Assembly: GCA_018971045.1 (NCBI GenBank)
Contig: JAGWVF010000002.1
Span: 1,133 to 65,132, forward strand
Length of the DNA: 64,000 nt
Direction of reading: 5' to 3'
From: Patescibacteria group bacterium
GTDB lineage: Bacteria; Patescibacteriota; Minisyncoccia; Phycocordibacterales; Phycocordibacteraceae
The notes below the pieces were generated by a model. It did no database searches. It worked only from the letters and a program-made list of their open reading frames with translations, and was not told where the DNA came from. Positions 37,367 to 47,121 of this stretch are shown here, in pieces (positions within the stretch are counted from its first letter, which is position 1; the number at the start of each line of letters is the position of its first letter). Made by a program: the position numbers and the translations under genes.

Positions 37367-39856
37367 ATGTCAATCAATTTCAAATATACAACCGTTATAG
37401 TGACGCTTTTTGTGATGCTCGCGCTTTCGCGCGGCTTCGTCGTGCATTATCAAGACTTCTTCTCCTTCGGCGCTCACGCGGTGCACGCGGAAGGCGATGG
37501 CGGAGGCGGAGGCGGAGGCGGCGGTGATGGTGGCGGCGGCGCCGGAGGGGGAGGCGATGGAGGCGGCGGCGCCGGAGGGGGTGGCACCTCGCCAGGCGGA
37601 GGAACCGTACCGCCGGCTCCGGTCTACGGCTGCATGGATCCCACGGCGACCAACTACAACCCCGCCGCGACATCGCAAACGGGCATCACCTGCACGTATC
37701 CGACTCCTCCTGTCTATGGCTGCATGGACCCGATCGCGACCAACTACAACCCGAAGGCCACGAGCCAGACCGGCATCACCTGCACCTATCCAGTGTACGG
37801 CTGCATGGATCCCACGGCGACCAACTACAACCCCGCCGCGACATCGCAAACGGGCATCACCTGCACGTATCCGACTCCTAAAGCGCCGACCTGTTCAATC
37901 GTTGTATCGCCTTCGGTTATCCACGCCGGCGATTCGGCGGTCATATCTTGGAAGACGACCAATGCGCTTTCCTTCACTATCGACCATAACATCGTCAATA
38001 TCGCGCCACTCGACGGGAGCAGCACGATCTCTCCCTCCGTCACAACCACCTACACCGGTACGGTGACCGGCCCCGGCGGCTCGGCAACGTGCATCGCGAC
38101 CGTTACGGTGACGACGACTCCGCCGCCTCCCGCGGCGCCGACCTGCACGCTCTCGGCTTCTCCCACGTCGATACAAACAGGATCTTCCTCGACGCTTTCG
38201 TGGGGGACGACGAACGCGACGTCGCTCTCCATTGATCACGGCGTTGGCGCGGTGACGCCGATCGCGTCCGGCTCGCGCTCAGTCTCTCCCTCCGTCACAA
38301 CCACCTACGCCGGTACGGTGACCGGCCCCGGCGGCTCGGCAACGTGCATCGCGACCGTTACGGTGACGACGACTCCGCCGCCTCCCGCGGCGCCGACCTG
38401 CACGCTCTCGGCGAATCCGGCGAGCGTCAATTCCGGCGATCACTCAACCTTATCGTGGACTACGAGTAACGCGAACACCTTTTCGATCGACCAAGGAATC
38501 GGCGCGGTCTCTCCGGCTATCGGCGGTTCGATTAATTCTAAAGCGATTACGACCGATACGACATTCACCGGCACGGTCGTGAGCCCTTCGGGTCAGACGA
38601 CAACGTGTACCGCGCAAGTGAAGGTAGTTGCGATTCCCCCGGGCGGCGGCCCATCGTGCTCGCTCGCGGTATCGCCTTCAAGTTATGTGAGCGGCGGATC
38701 GGCGACGCTCTCGTGGGGCGGCACGGATATTCAAAGCGTTACCATTGATAATGGCATTGGCGCGACGACGACCGTCCCGGGTTCAGTAACCGTCTCGCCA
38801 TCGGCGGTACGGTCGTATACGTATACGGGAACCTTTACGGCGACGACGGGTCAGACTCTTACGTGCTCGGCGACGCTCAACGTCTCTCCGCCCGGCGGCG
38901 GGGGAGGTGGTGGCGGTGGCGGTGGAGGAGGCGGCGGCGGTGTCATTATGCCTACCATCACTCTCTCGGCGCTTCCGCATGTCGGCTCTCAGCCGCTCGC
39001 GTATCTCTACCTCTCGCAGATTCCACAGACGGGCCTCGCGCTCGGGCCTGTCGGCACGGCGCTTTACTGGATCATACTTATCCTCTTTGCTCTAGCGGTT
39101 GCGTATCTCACCCTTTTCACATTTATTCCGTATTCTCGCCGTCAGCTGAGCGCGATTGGCGTGCGCGTTCAGCAGGCGGTGAATGCTCATGCGCTCGAGA
39201 CGGAACGCGCGCCCCTAGTGCCGCCGGCTGTTTCTCCTATGGAGCGAACGGAGGTGTCCGCCGCGGTACGCGAAGCGCCGCGCGGCTACTCGAGTTACGA
39301 CGGATTCAAGTCGTTCGCTCAGGGCGGCGCGCTCTCAATCGAGGATATCGTGAAAGGGCTCTCGCGAACGCACGCCGCGCCGGTAGTCTCGGAAGACGCG
39401 CATACCCTCGTAGCAGAGTCCCTGGTGAATACAGAACCGGCTTACCCGCCTATTGAACCGGCGTATACTCATATCGAATCGGCCGGCGCGCCGGCCGCCC
39501 ATGCCGCTCTTCCTGAGTCGGCTCCGACGCCCGCCTCGGTGCGCGGGTTTGTTGCGGCGCTTCTTAATCTCGATCGCGCGGCAGTCTTCGCTGGCCTTCG
39601 CCAAGAATTACGCGGCGGCGGTTCGGCTGAAGATCTGCTCACGGAAGCGGTGTGTCTTCTCGATGATGCGTATCGGGCGCGCGTCGACGGAGTAGCCTGC
39701 GCGCCGGACATCGCGCAGCTCACCGAGCGCATCGCGACGCCGACTCTGGAGAAGCTCATCGGCTCGCTTACAACCGCGATTGACTCAAGCTATTCGACGA
39801 GTGTTACAGGCGCCAAGCTCGCGCTCACCCGCGCCCTCGCCGTGCTCGATTCATAG
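37367..39856 (+). CDS. Large surface protein (829 aa). Modules in order: signal/TM; poly-Gly tracts; 3x about 40-aa YGCMDPTATNYNPxATSQTGITCTYP repeats; 4x about 80-aa Ig-like repeats; second poly-Gly; sortase-like IPQTG motif plus TM; about 250-aa C-terminal domain.
   Basis: All modules were read from the translation. Repeats are also visible as near-identical DNA tandem repeats (38033-38160 vs 38288-38410). Confidence 0.6.
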   Translation: MSINFKYTTVIVTLFVMLALSRGFVVHYQDFFSFGAHAVHAEGDGGGGGGGGGDGGGGAGGGGDGGGGAGGGGTSPGGGTVPPAPVYGCMDPTATNYNPAATSQTGITCTYPTPPVYGCMDPIATNYNPKATSQTGITCTYPVYGCMDPTATNYNPAATSQTGITCTYPTPKAPTCSIVVSPSVIHAGDSAVISWKTTNALSFTIDHNIVNIAPLDGSSTISPSVTTTYTGTVTGPGGSATCIATVTVTTTPPPPAAPTCTLSASPTSIQTGSSSTLSWGTTNATSLSIDHGVGAVTPIASGSRSVSPSVTTTYAGTVTGPGGSATCIATVTVTTTPPPPAAPTCTLSANPASVNSGDHSTLSWTTSNANTFSIDQGIGAVSPAIGGSINSKAITTDTTFTGTVVSPSGQTTTCTAQVKVVAIPPGGGPSCSLAVSPSSYVSGGSATLSWGGTDIQSVTIDNGIGATTTVPGSVTVSPSAVRSYTYTGTFTATTGQTLTCSATLNVSPPGGGGGGGGGGGGGGGGVIMPTITLSALPHVGSQPLAYLYLSQIPQTGLALGPVGTALYWIILILFALAVAYLTLFTFIPYSRRQLSAIGVRVQQAVNAHALETERAPLVPPAVSPMERTEVSAAVREAPRGYSSYDGFKSFAQGGALSIEDIVKGLSRTHAAPVVSEDAHTLVAESLVNTEPAYPPIEPAYTHIESAGAPAAHAALPESAPTPASVRGFVAALLNLDRAAVFAGLRQELRGGGSAEDLLTEAVCLLDDAYRARVDGVACAPDIAQLTERIATPTLEKLIGSLTTAIDSSYSTSVTGAKLALTRALAVLDS

Positions 39857-39864
39857 AGAAGAAA

Positions 39865-41664
39865 TCACGCTCTTCGCGCCGCAATTTCTTCGCGCGCGCG
39901 ATTCACGAAATCGCTCACGGACTCGTTCTCCTTCTTGCCGTGATCGCGGCTCTCGACCGTGACGGTCTTCGCCGCCGCTTCAGTATCTCCGACGACGAGA
40001 AGATAGGGGATCTTTTCAACCTTTCCTTGGCGGATTTTTTTACCCAGCGACTCATCTGCGCCATCAACGTCTGCGCGGATACCGGCTGTTTTCAGTATCG
40101 CCAAGACCTCCTCCGCATAGGCATGGTGTTTTTCAGACACGGGCAGTATCCGCATTTGCAGGGGGCTGAGCCAGAGCGGGAGATTCCCGCCTGTGTGCTC
40201 GAGCATTACTGCCGAGAAGCGTTCGATCGAACCCATAATCGCGCAATGGATCATCACCACCCGTTCCTTCTCTCCGTGCTCGTTTATGCAGGTAAGATCG
40301 AAACGTTCCGGAAGATTCATGTCCAACTGGATGGTCGCGACCTGATGCTCGCGGCCGAGAGAATCAGTCGCCATGAAGTCGAGCTTCGGTCCGTACATTG
40401 CCGCCTCGCCGGGAGCTTCGAAGTGCTCGGCGCCGCGCTCTTTCGCGATAGATCGGAGCGCGTCTTCGGCGTTTTTCCAAATTTCCGGAGTCCCGAGATA
40501 CTTCTCCGCTGAGGCGGGATCGTGGAAGGAGAGGCGGACGCGGAGCGTGAAGCCGAAGGTGCCGTAAAAGGTGTCAACGATATCCCAGATCTTGAAGAAT
40601 TCATCGCGGACTTGGCTGTGACGGCAGAAGACGTGACTATCGTCTTGAGTGATTGAGAGGACGCGAGTGAGGCCGCCGAGCTCGCCGGACTGTTCATCGC
40701 GGTACACCATCGTCGTTTCGGCATAGCGTTGCGGCATGTTCCGATAGGAGTGCGGGCGGCGATTGAAAATTTGCGTGTGATGCGGACAATTCATCGGCTT
40801 CAGCGCGTATTCCTTCCCCTCGCGAGTGGTGATGCGGAAGAGCTCGTCAGCGAATTTTTCCCAGTGGCCGGAAGTTTCGTAGAGCGCGCGCTTCGTGATA
40901 TGGGGGATCGTCACGCGCTCATAGCCGTGTTTTGCGCGTAATTCCCAAATATACGCGTCAAGCGCGTGGCGCATACGCGCTCCCTTCGGCGTCCAGAGCG
41001 GGAGGCCCGAACCAACGAGCTCCGAGAAGGTGAAGAGATCGAGTTCCTGTCCGATCTTGCGATGGTCGCGCTTCTTAGCCTCTTCTCTCTGCGCTCGATA
41101 CGCGTCAAGCTCCTCTTTCGTATCGAAGGCGAGTCCGTAAATGCGCGTCAGCATCGGCTTCTTCTCGTCGCCGCGCCAGTACGCGCCCGCGACGCGGTCG
41201 AGAACGAACGAATGTTCCGTTATCTCCCGAGAGGGATGTTCCGCGTGGCCGCCGCGGCAGAGATCGGTGAAGCCGCCGCAGGTGTAGAGCGTAATGGTCG
41301 CGCCGTCCTTTTCGAGTTCGTCGATGAGTTCGATTTTAAAAGGATTATCTTTAAACCTCTCCCGTGCTTTTTCGGCGGATACCTCTTCGCGGGAGAACGC
41401 GGTCCAGTGCGGCAAAAGCTTCGTCATCTCGTCTTGAAGCGCCTGCAAATGCTCCTCTTTTATCGAGTGGGTATCAAAGTCGTAGTAAAAACCGTTTTCA
41501 ATCGCGGGACCAATCGTCGGCTTCGCTTCGGGATGCAATTTTTGCATGGCGGCGGCGAGCAGGTGGGCGAGCGTGTGACGCTTTGCTTCGAGGGAGCTCA
41601 TAAAGGAGAGAATACCATACTGTTCGGCGGAATTTCTCTCACCGTTAAAAACAAAACGATACAT
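39865..41664 (-). CDS. thrS: Threonine--tRNA ligase (lacks N-terminal TGS domain; 599 aa)
   Basis: Editing-domain HxxxH (RHTLAHLLAAA), GPAIENGFYYDFD, class II catalytic motifs and anticodon-binding C-terminus. Confidence 0.88.
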   Translation of the reverse strand: MYRFVFNGERNSAEQYGILSFMSSLEAKRHTLAHLLAAAMQKLHPEAKPTIGPAIENGFYYDFDTHSIKEEHLQALQDEMTKLLPHWTAFSREEVSAEKARERFKDNPFKIELIDELEKDGATITLYTCGGFTDLCRGGHAEHPSREITEHSFVLDRVAGAYWRGDEKKPMLTRIYGLAFDTKEELDAYRAQREEAKKRDHRKIGQELDLFTFSELVGSGLPLWTPKGARMRHALDAYIWELRAKHGYERVTIPHITKRALYETSGHWEKFADELFRITTREGKEYALKPMNCPHHTQIFNRRPHSYRNMPQRYAETTMVYRDEQSGELGGLTRVLSITQDDSHVFCRHSQVRDEFFKIWDIVDTFYGTFGFTLRVRLSFHDPASAEKYLGTPEIWKNAEDALRSIAKERGAEHFEAPGEAAMYGPKLDFMATDSLGREHQVATIQLDMNLPERFDLTCINEHGEKERVVMIHCAIMGSIERFSAVMLEHTGGNLPLWLSPLQMRILPVSEKHHAYAEEVLAILKTAGIRADVDGADESLGKKIRQGKVEKIPYLLVVGDTEAAAKTVTVESRDHGKKENESVSDFVNRAREEIAARRA

Positions 41665-41785
41665 TTGACAACATTACAAGTATAGAGTACCCTTTTCTTA
41701 AGGGAGTAGTCCCTTACGGCGGCGGGTGCAGAAGCGCTCGCTATCGAGAATCTGTTCATTGACTTTTAACTTTAAGGAGATGACG

Positions 41786-42727
41786 ATGAAGATCGTCAAT
41801 GTGATTTTCACATCGAGTTTTCTTCTTGTCCTCGCTGCCTGTGGCGGCGGTGGCGGCGGAAGCTCGGATGCCGCCACGACGCCGCCCGACACTGCCGCCA
41901 GCAGTCCGGCGCAACAAGTGCTATGCCCGGACCAAAAGACGTCCGCCGCAAAGGCGGCGGACTGTCCGGCCACCACGCTTTTGCCAGTTGACCTCAAGGC
42001 TATTGCCTTGGTTAGCCCGGAAGAGGCGATGCTGAAGGGCTACGCGTTCATCGCGTCGGGTACGATCGCGGAGAGTGGCTTCCACGCCACCGTGACGCAA
42101 GGACACGGGAAGTGGACGCTCCCTGTCTACTTCGAACTCGGTCCCGACAAGAGGACCGTGAACGTTATCCTGAAGGAACGCCCGGCGTACGGGACGGAGT
42201 TGAGCATTGTGTTCGATGCTCTCGACTCAGTCGGAAACCCGGTCACCTCGGCGACCAGCCTTTCCAGCACGCCAGCAATGGTGTGCGCCGATAACTCAAA
42301 ATGGTCGAACCCGGCCTCGTTCAACACGGCGATACAAGATTGCGTCGCGCCGATCGGCGTGCAGGCGCTCATCACGGATTTCAATGTGATGAGCGACAGG
42401 ACTTGCGAGCTCGAGGTGGAAAAAACACTCTCGAGCGCGTGCCAATTGTATTTTGCAAATGGCACGATATCGGTGATGGACACCGGTACCGTTCTTAGCG
42501 GCGGGCACTCTGCGTGGTGGACGGGGTTCGTCGGAGGAGACGGGGTGAGTTATCTCGCCCTTATCGACCAGACGACGAGCTTTCCGGTCGCGGCGCTGAA
42601 GCTCTCCGATAAGCTGTCATGGCTTATCGGGAATCCGCGCGGAGTAACAATCCGCGTGGGGGCGCAGACCCTTCTCGCTTCATGGGATGGGGCGAAGATC
42701 GCCCTCTCCTGCCTAGTCGGCTGTTAA
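41786..42727 (+). CDS. Hypothetical lipoprotein (lipobox LAAC, Gly-run linker), 313 aa
   Basis: SD aaggag plus ATG 41786. N-terminus similar in style to the 19739 lipoprotein (LAACGGGGG). Confidence 0.5.
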   Translation: MKIVNVIFTSSFLLVLAACGGGGGGSSDAATTPPDTAASSPAQQVLCPDQKTSAAKAADCPATTLLPVDLKAIALVSPEEAMLKGYAFIASGTIAESGFHATVTQGHGKWTLPVYFELGPDKRTVNVILKERPAYGTELSIVFDALDSVGNPVTSATSLSSTPAMVCADNSKWSNPASFNTAIQDCVAPIGVQALITDFNVMSDRTCELEVEKTLSSACQLYFANGTISVMDTGTVLSGGHSAWWTGFVGGDGVSYLALIDQTTSFPVAALKLSDKLSWLIGNPRGVTIRVGAQTLLASWDGAKIALSCLVGC

Positions 42728-42770
42728 AACCGGCCACACTGCCCGCGCCACAAAGCGCGGGTGGTTTATT

Positions 42771-45700
42771 TTATAGCGCTTTTAATTCATCGATCGCGAG
42801 CGAGGGTTCGCCGTTTCGTACCGAGACTTTTCCTTTGATCAGGATACACGCGCCCGGGACTAGGAGCGCCGAGTGTGTTTTGAGGAGTTTGGGGAAGGCG
42901 GCCGCCTCAATCGAATCGGTTTTATCCTCGATGGTGATGAAAGACATCTTTTCCCCGCTCTTGGTAAGAATGTTACGCGCCGCAGTCACGAGCACGGGCA
43001 GGATAAGGAGCATGCCCGTCTGCGGCTCTTCTTTAATCCTCGCTATCGAGAGCTTCGCTTTACTCGCTATGTCGGCATGAGCGTCAAGCGGGTGCCCGCT
43101 TACGTAAATACCGAGAAGCTCTTTCTCCCACGCGAGTTTATCGAGAAGCGAGGTCGCGCGGCCTTCGGGGAGCGCGAGCTCGGGCGGGCTCGTAAATGAT
43201 CCGAAGAGCGAGTCCTGCGGCGCGATCGCGGTCGCGTCGCGGTGAAAAGCGAGAAGGGTTTCGATATTTTCAAGCAGAGTGCCGCGCTTGTGCGCCGCGG
43301 GTGCGAGCGAGTCGAGCGCGCCGCATTTGATCAAGGATTCAAGCGATTTACGATTGAGGCTCTTGGATTCGATGCGCGAAAGAAAGTCGGCGAGCGAAGC
43401 GTAGGGACCGCGCGCCCGGCGCTCTGAAATGATCGCTTCTGAAATGCCGTCGCCGAAATTTTTAATTGAGGAAAGACCGAACCGGATCGCTTTATTCGGC
43501 GTCGGAAGCTGAGCTTCCGACACATGGTCAACGACGGTGAAATCGGCGCCGCTTTCATTTATGTCCGGCGGCAAAACGGGGATGCCCATGCGCTTCGCTT
43601 CAGCGACGAGAATCGCGATTTGTTCAGTGTCGCCGGCGTCCGCGGTAAGAAGCGCCGAGAGATACTCAACCGGAAAATTCGCTTTCATGTATGCCGTTTG
43701 GTAGGCGACTTTGCCGTAGCTCGCGGCGTGCGCCTTATTGAAGCCGTAGGCGGCGAAAGGTTCGATGAGCGACCAGAGCTTCTCCGCTTTTTCAGGCGAA
43801 AGTTTGCCGTATTCGACAAAACCTCGCAGTAATTTCTCTTTCTCGGCGCGCATAACTTTCGGGATTTTTTTGCCCATCGCCTTGCGAAGCGCATCCGCCT
43901 CAAGCCAGGAATAACCGGCGAGCTTGATCGCGGTCAAGAGCACGTCGTCTTGATAGACGAGGAGGCCGTACGAAAAGCCGAGATACTCCTGCATGCGCGG
44001 ATCGACGAAGCGGATCAATTTCGGATTGTGCTTGCGTTCGATGTAGGCGGGAATGGTTTCCATCGGGCCGGGGCGGTAGAGCGCGACCATCGCGTTAATG
44101 TCGTGAATCGTCGACGGGCGCAGATCCTTGAGCCAGCGCGTCATCCCGGAGCCGTTCAATTGAAACGTCCCTTCGGTCTCTCCGCGCGCGAGCATCGCGT
44201 ACGTCTTCGCGTCGTCAATGGGGACGTTCTCGATATCGATCGCGATGCCGCGCGTCTCTTTCACGCGCGCGACGGCGTCCGCGAGAATCGCCAGATTTTT
44301 TATGCCGAGAAAATCAAACTTCAAGAGCCCAACGCCGCCGTATTCGTCGGTGATCGAGTACATATCGTACTGAGTGATCATCTTGCCGGTGCCTTTCGGA
44401 TCGGGCTGGACGGGAGTCCATTCGACAAGCGGAGTCGGCGCGACGACCACGCCCGCCGCGTGGACGCCGACGTGCCGTACACAGCCCTCGATGCGTTTCG
44501 CGAGAGTGAGGATCTCATGAGCGTCGTCGTCTTCGTCGTAGATCGCTTTCAGATCAGGTTCGAGTTCGAGCGCGCGATCGATCGTCATCGGGAATCCTTG
44601 CGAGCCGATGGGAATGAGCTTCGCGATGCGGTCGCCGGTGGAATAGGCGTGCCCGAGCGCGCGCGCGACGTCGCGTACCGCCGCGCGCGCCATCATAGTG
44701 CCGAAGGTGCCGATCTGCGCGACGTGGTCCTCGCCGTACTTCTGTTTGGCATACGCGATCATCTCGTCGCGGCGGTTGTCGGCCATATCCATATCGATAT
44801 CGGGCGCCTTCGGCCGTTCCGGATTGAGGAATCGCTCAAAGGGGAGATTATAGAAAAGAGGGTTCACGTTGGTCACGCCGATAAGGTACGCGACGAGACT
44901 GCCGGCGGCCGATCCGCGCGTCGTGGTGAGAATGCCGGCGCGCCGCGCGAAATCGAGAAGATCGGCGACGATCAGGTAATACACGGCGAAGCCTTTGTTG
45001 ATAATGATCGTGAGTTCATACTCGATACGCTCTACCACGTCAGGCGTTTCCTCGAGTCCGCGCGTTTTGACGCCCGCATACGCCTTGGCGCGCAACTCCT
45101 CGTCATGATTCGCGAATCCCGGCGAGATCGGGACGGCAGGGAATGTCCATTTCCCGAGCTCAAATGAGACATTGCAACGATCGGCGATGAGTCGCGAATT
45201 CATGACCGCCTCGGGCGTATCTTGAAAAAAAGAACTAGCTGTTTCCTCGCTGATGAAGGAAAAGTCCTCCTCTTCGTTTCTGCCGCGAGCGCCCTGCTGG
45301 ATGCGCCGCATGATCTCGGTCGCTTCGCGGTCTTCCGGCGCGAGATAGTAGACATCGTGTTGCGCGACGAGCTCGGCGCCGTTCGCCTTTGCGAAACCGA
45401 TGATTTTTTTCTGCAGTGCTTCATGCCCGCTGACCTTGGGATGGCGGGTGATCTCGAGGAAGAGATTATGCGCGCCGAAAATATCCTTAAATTCGGTAAG
45501 CGCGGCCGCCGCGCCGTTCTCGTCGCCCGCGCGCAGAAACTGCGCGATATCGCCCGCGAAGGAGGGGAGGATGGCGATGACGCCCTCATGATGTTCGCGT
45601 AAGAGCTCCTTGTCTATTCGCGGGCGCTCGTAGAACCCTTCCGTCCATGATTTTGTCACGAGAGCGAGCAGATTCTTGTATCCTTCATTGTTTTGGGCGA

Positions 45701-45977
45701 GGAGGACGATGCGTGAACGTTTCTGATCCAGATGCGGGTCGCGATCGTGGCGCGAACGCGGGGCAAGGTAGGCATCGACGCCGAGGATCGGCTTGATACC
45801 CGCCTTCACCGCGGCTTTGTAAAATTCGATCGCGCCGTGCATATTGCCGGCATCGGTGAGCGCGAGTGAATCCATGTTGAGGGCAACCGCTTTTTCAACG
45901 AGTTCGTCCACCTTCGGAAGAGCCTGGAGAAAGCTGTAGTGGCTGTGAGTGTGGAGGTGGATGAATCGTGACGCCAT
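42771..45977 (-). CDS. dnaE: DNA polymerase III alpha subunit
   Basis: N-terminal PHP domain (FIHLHTHSHYSFL), polymerase core motifs. 1068 aa. Confidence 0.92.
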   Translation of the reverse strand: MASRFIHLHTHSHYSFLQALPKVDELVEKAVALNMDSLALTDAGNMHGAIEFYKAAVKAGIKPILGVDAYLAPRSRHDRDPHLDQKRSRIVLLAQNNEGYKNLLALVTKSWTEGFYERPRIDKELLREHHEGVIAILPSFAGDIAQFLRAGDENGAAAALTEFKDIFGAHNLFLEITRHPKVSGHEALQKKIIGFAKANGAELVAQHDVYYLAPEDREATEIMRRIQQGARGRNEEEDFSFISEETASSFFQDTPEAVMNSRLIADRCNVSFELGKWTFPAVPISPGFANHDEELRAKAYAGVKTRGLEETPDVVERIEYELTIIINKGFAVYYLIVADLLDFARRAGILTTTRGSAAGSLVAYLIGVTNVNPLFYNLPFERFLNPERPKAPDIDMDMADNRRDEMIAYAKQKYGEDHVAQIGTFGTMMARAAVRDVARALGHAYSTGDRIAKLIPIGSQGFPMTIDRALELEPDLKAIYDEDDDAHEILTLAKRIEGCVRHVGVHAAGVVVAPTPLVEWTPVQPDPKGTGKMITQYDMYSITDEYGGVGLLKFDFLGIKNLAILADAVARVKETRGIAIDIENVPIDDAKTYAMLARGETEGTFQLNGSGMTRWLKDLRPSTIHDINAMVALYRPGPMETIPAYIERKHNPKLIRFVDPRMQEYLGFSYGLLVYQDDVLLTAIKLAGYSWLEADALRKAMGKKIPKVMRAEKEKLLRGFVEYGKLSPEKAEKLWSLIEPFAAYGFNKAHAASYGKVAYQTAYMKANFPVEYLSALLTADAGDTEQIAILVAEAKRMGIPVLPPDINESGADFTVVDHVSEAQLPTPNKAIRFGLSSIKNFGDGISEAIISERRARGPYASLADFLSRIESKSLNRKSLESLIKCGALDSLAPAAHKRGTLLENIETLLAFHRDATAIAPQDSLFGSFTSPPELALPEGRATSLLDKLAWEKELLGIYVSGHPLDAHADIASKAKLSIARIKEEPQTGMLLILPVLVTAARNILTKSGEKMSFITIEDKTDSIEAAAFPKLLKTHSALLVPGACILIKGKVSVRNGEPSLAIDELKAL

Positions 45978-45984
45978 CCGCTCC

Positions 45985-45994
45985 AGTATATACT
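45985..45994. promoter_or_regulatory. Bidirectional palindromic -10 element AGTATATACT serving divergent leaderless genes dnaE (-) and rnhB (+)
   Basis: TATACT on the + strand lies 6 nt before rnhB ATG 46001. TATACT on the - strand lies 7 nt before dnaE ATG (45977). Confidence 0.5.
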
Positions 45995-46000
45995 TTTCCC

Positions 46001-46591
46001 ATGAGATTCACGCTCGGAGTCGATGAAGCCGGTCGCGGACCCTTGGCGGGGCCGGTCGCGGTCGGCGTGGTCGCGGTCGCCGAGGGCTTTGACGTGGCGA
46101 AAGAATTCCCCGGAGTTAAGGATTCGAAGAAGCTTTCGGGGAACAAGCGGGAGAAACTCTTTGAAATGCTCGAGGCGCGCGTCGCCAAGGGCGACGCGCG
46201 TTACCGTGTCGAGCTCGAGAGTGCCGGGACGATCGATCAGAAAGGCATCGTTGAAGCGGTGCGCCGCGCAACCGGACGCGGCGTGCGGGAGCTCGCTCCG
46301 GACACCGCACTCGTACACATACAACTCGACGGCGCGCTTCGCGCCCCGGATGAATACGCGCAAGAAATCATCATTAAAGGCGACGAGCGTATCCCGCTCA
46401 TCTCTCTCGCTTCGATCGCGGCCAAGGTGATGCGCGATCGAGCGATGCTCATGCTTGCGAACGAATACCCGCAATACGGCTTCGAGCTCCACAAGGGGTA
46501 CGGCACTAAGCTTCATTACGAAATGCTCAAGAAGTACGGTCTTTGCGCTATCCACCGCCGATCTTTTATCCATCTTGATTCTCGAGACTAG
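46001..46591 (+). CDS. rnhB: Ribonuclease HII
   Basis: GVDEAGRGPLAGPV catalytic motif. About 197 aa. Confidence 0.88.
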   Translation: MRFTLGVDEAGRGPLAGPVAVGVVAVAEGFDVAKEFPGVKDSKKLSGNKREKLFEMLEARVAKGDARYRVELESAGTIDQKGIVEAVRRATGRGVRELAPDTALVHIQLDGALRAPDEYAQEIIIKGDERIPLISLASIAAKVMRDRAMLMLANEYPQYGFELHKGYGTKLHYEMLKKYGLCAIHRRSFIHLDSRD

Positions 46592-46731
46592 CGTATTCGC
46601 GCATACCCAGCCGCGAGCTTGCTTTTTAGCAATATGAGACTATACTTCCGGATTGTGTCCAGTCTGTACTGATGGACGCAAAGGGCGGATCGGGTTCTTC
46701 CCCGATCCATAGAACAAAGTTGGAGAATAGA

Positions 46732-47016
46732 ATGAAAAAGCTTTCCAAAAAAGGAGCGGTCGCCACTATGAACGAGAAAAAAATGAAGGGCCTGAAGGGC
46801 ACCGCATTCGAGAACTGTACCCGGTGTGACGGGTTCAGAGGAACAATCAAAAACGGATCCGGACCCGAGGCGCTCTGCAAGCGCGCTCTACGTCCGGTGA
46901 CGGCCGAAGAGGCCATTCGGTGCAACGGCAAAGCGCCGATTCCGCGGTGCGCGCCGCTGCCCACACATTCACCTCATCCGGTGTTTGAGAAGGCATCAAG
47001 ATCGTTCCGATCTTGA
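46732..47016 (+). CDS. Hypothetical small Cys-containing protein (94 aa)
   Basis: SD ggagaa plus ATG. Lys-rich N-terminus. Several Cys (CTRC, C, C, C) suggest a possible zinc ribbon. Low confidence. Confidence 0.3.
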   Translation: MKKLSKKGAVATMNEKKMKGLKGTAFENCTRCDGFRGTIKNGSGPEALCKRALRPVTAEEAIRCNGKAPIPRCAPLPTHSPHPVFEKASRSFRS

Positions 47017-47121
47017 TGCCAGGCCGCTCCACAAGAGCGGACTCACACAAAGCGTTCGACCCGATCAATCCGATCCGGCCGGCGCTTTTCAATTTTATCC
47101 CTGCATGGTAGAGTGGCAATC

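Noticed and set aside
38940-39060. Treating IPQTG plus TM in the 829-aa protein as a definitive sortase sorting signal
   Set aside because: About 250 residues follow the TM helix, unlike the short basic tail of canonical substrates. Kept as a hypothesis in the findings rather than a feature.
32508-45977. Inteins or self-splicing introns in gyrB, dnaE, rpoB, rpoC
   Set aside because: All four proteins are at or below normal length, with contiguous conserved blocks. No Hint/LAGLIDADG insertions are apparent.
46626-46964. Minus-strand 112-aa ORF overlapping the small plus-strand ORF at 46732
   Set aside because: The plus-strand ORF has an SD and a promoter-like TATACT upstream. The minus ORF has neither and is probably spurious, although neither is strongly supported.
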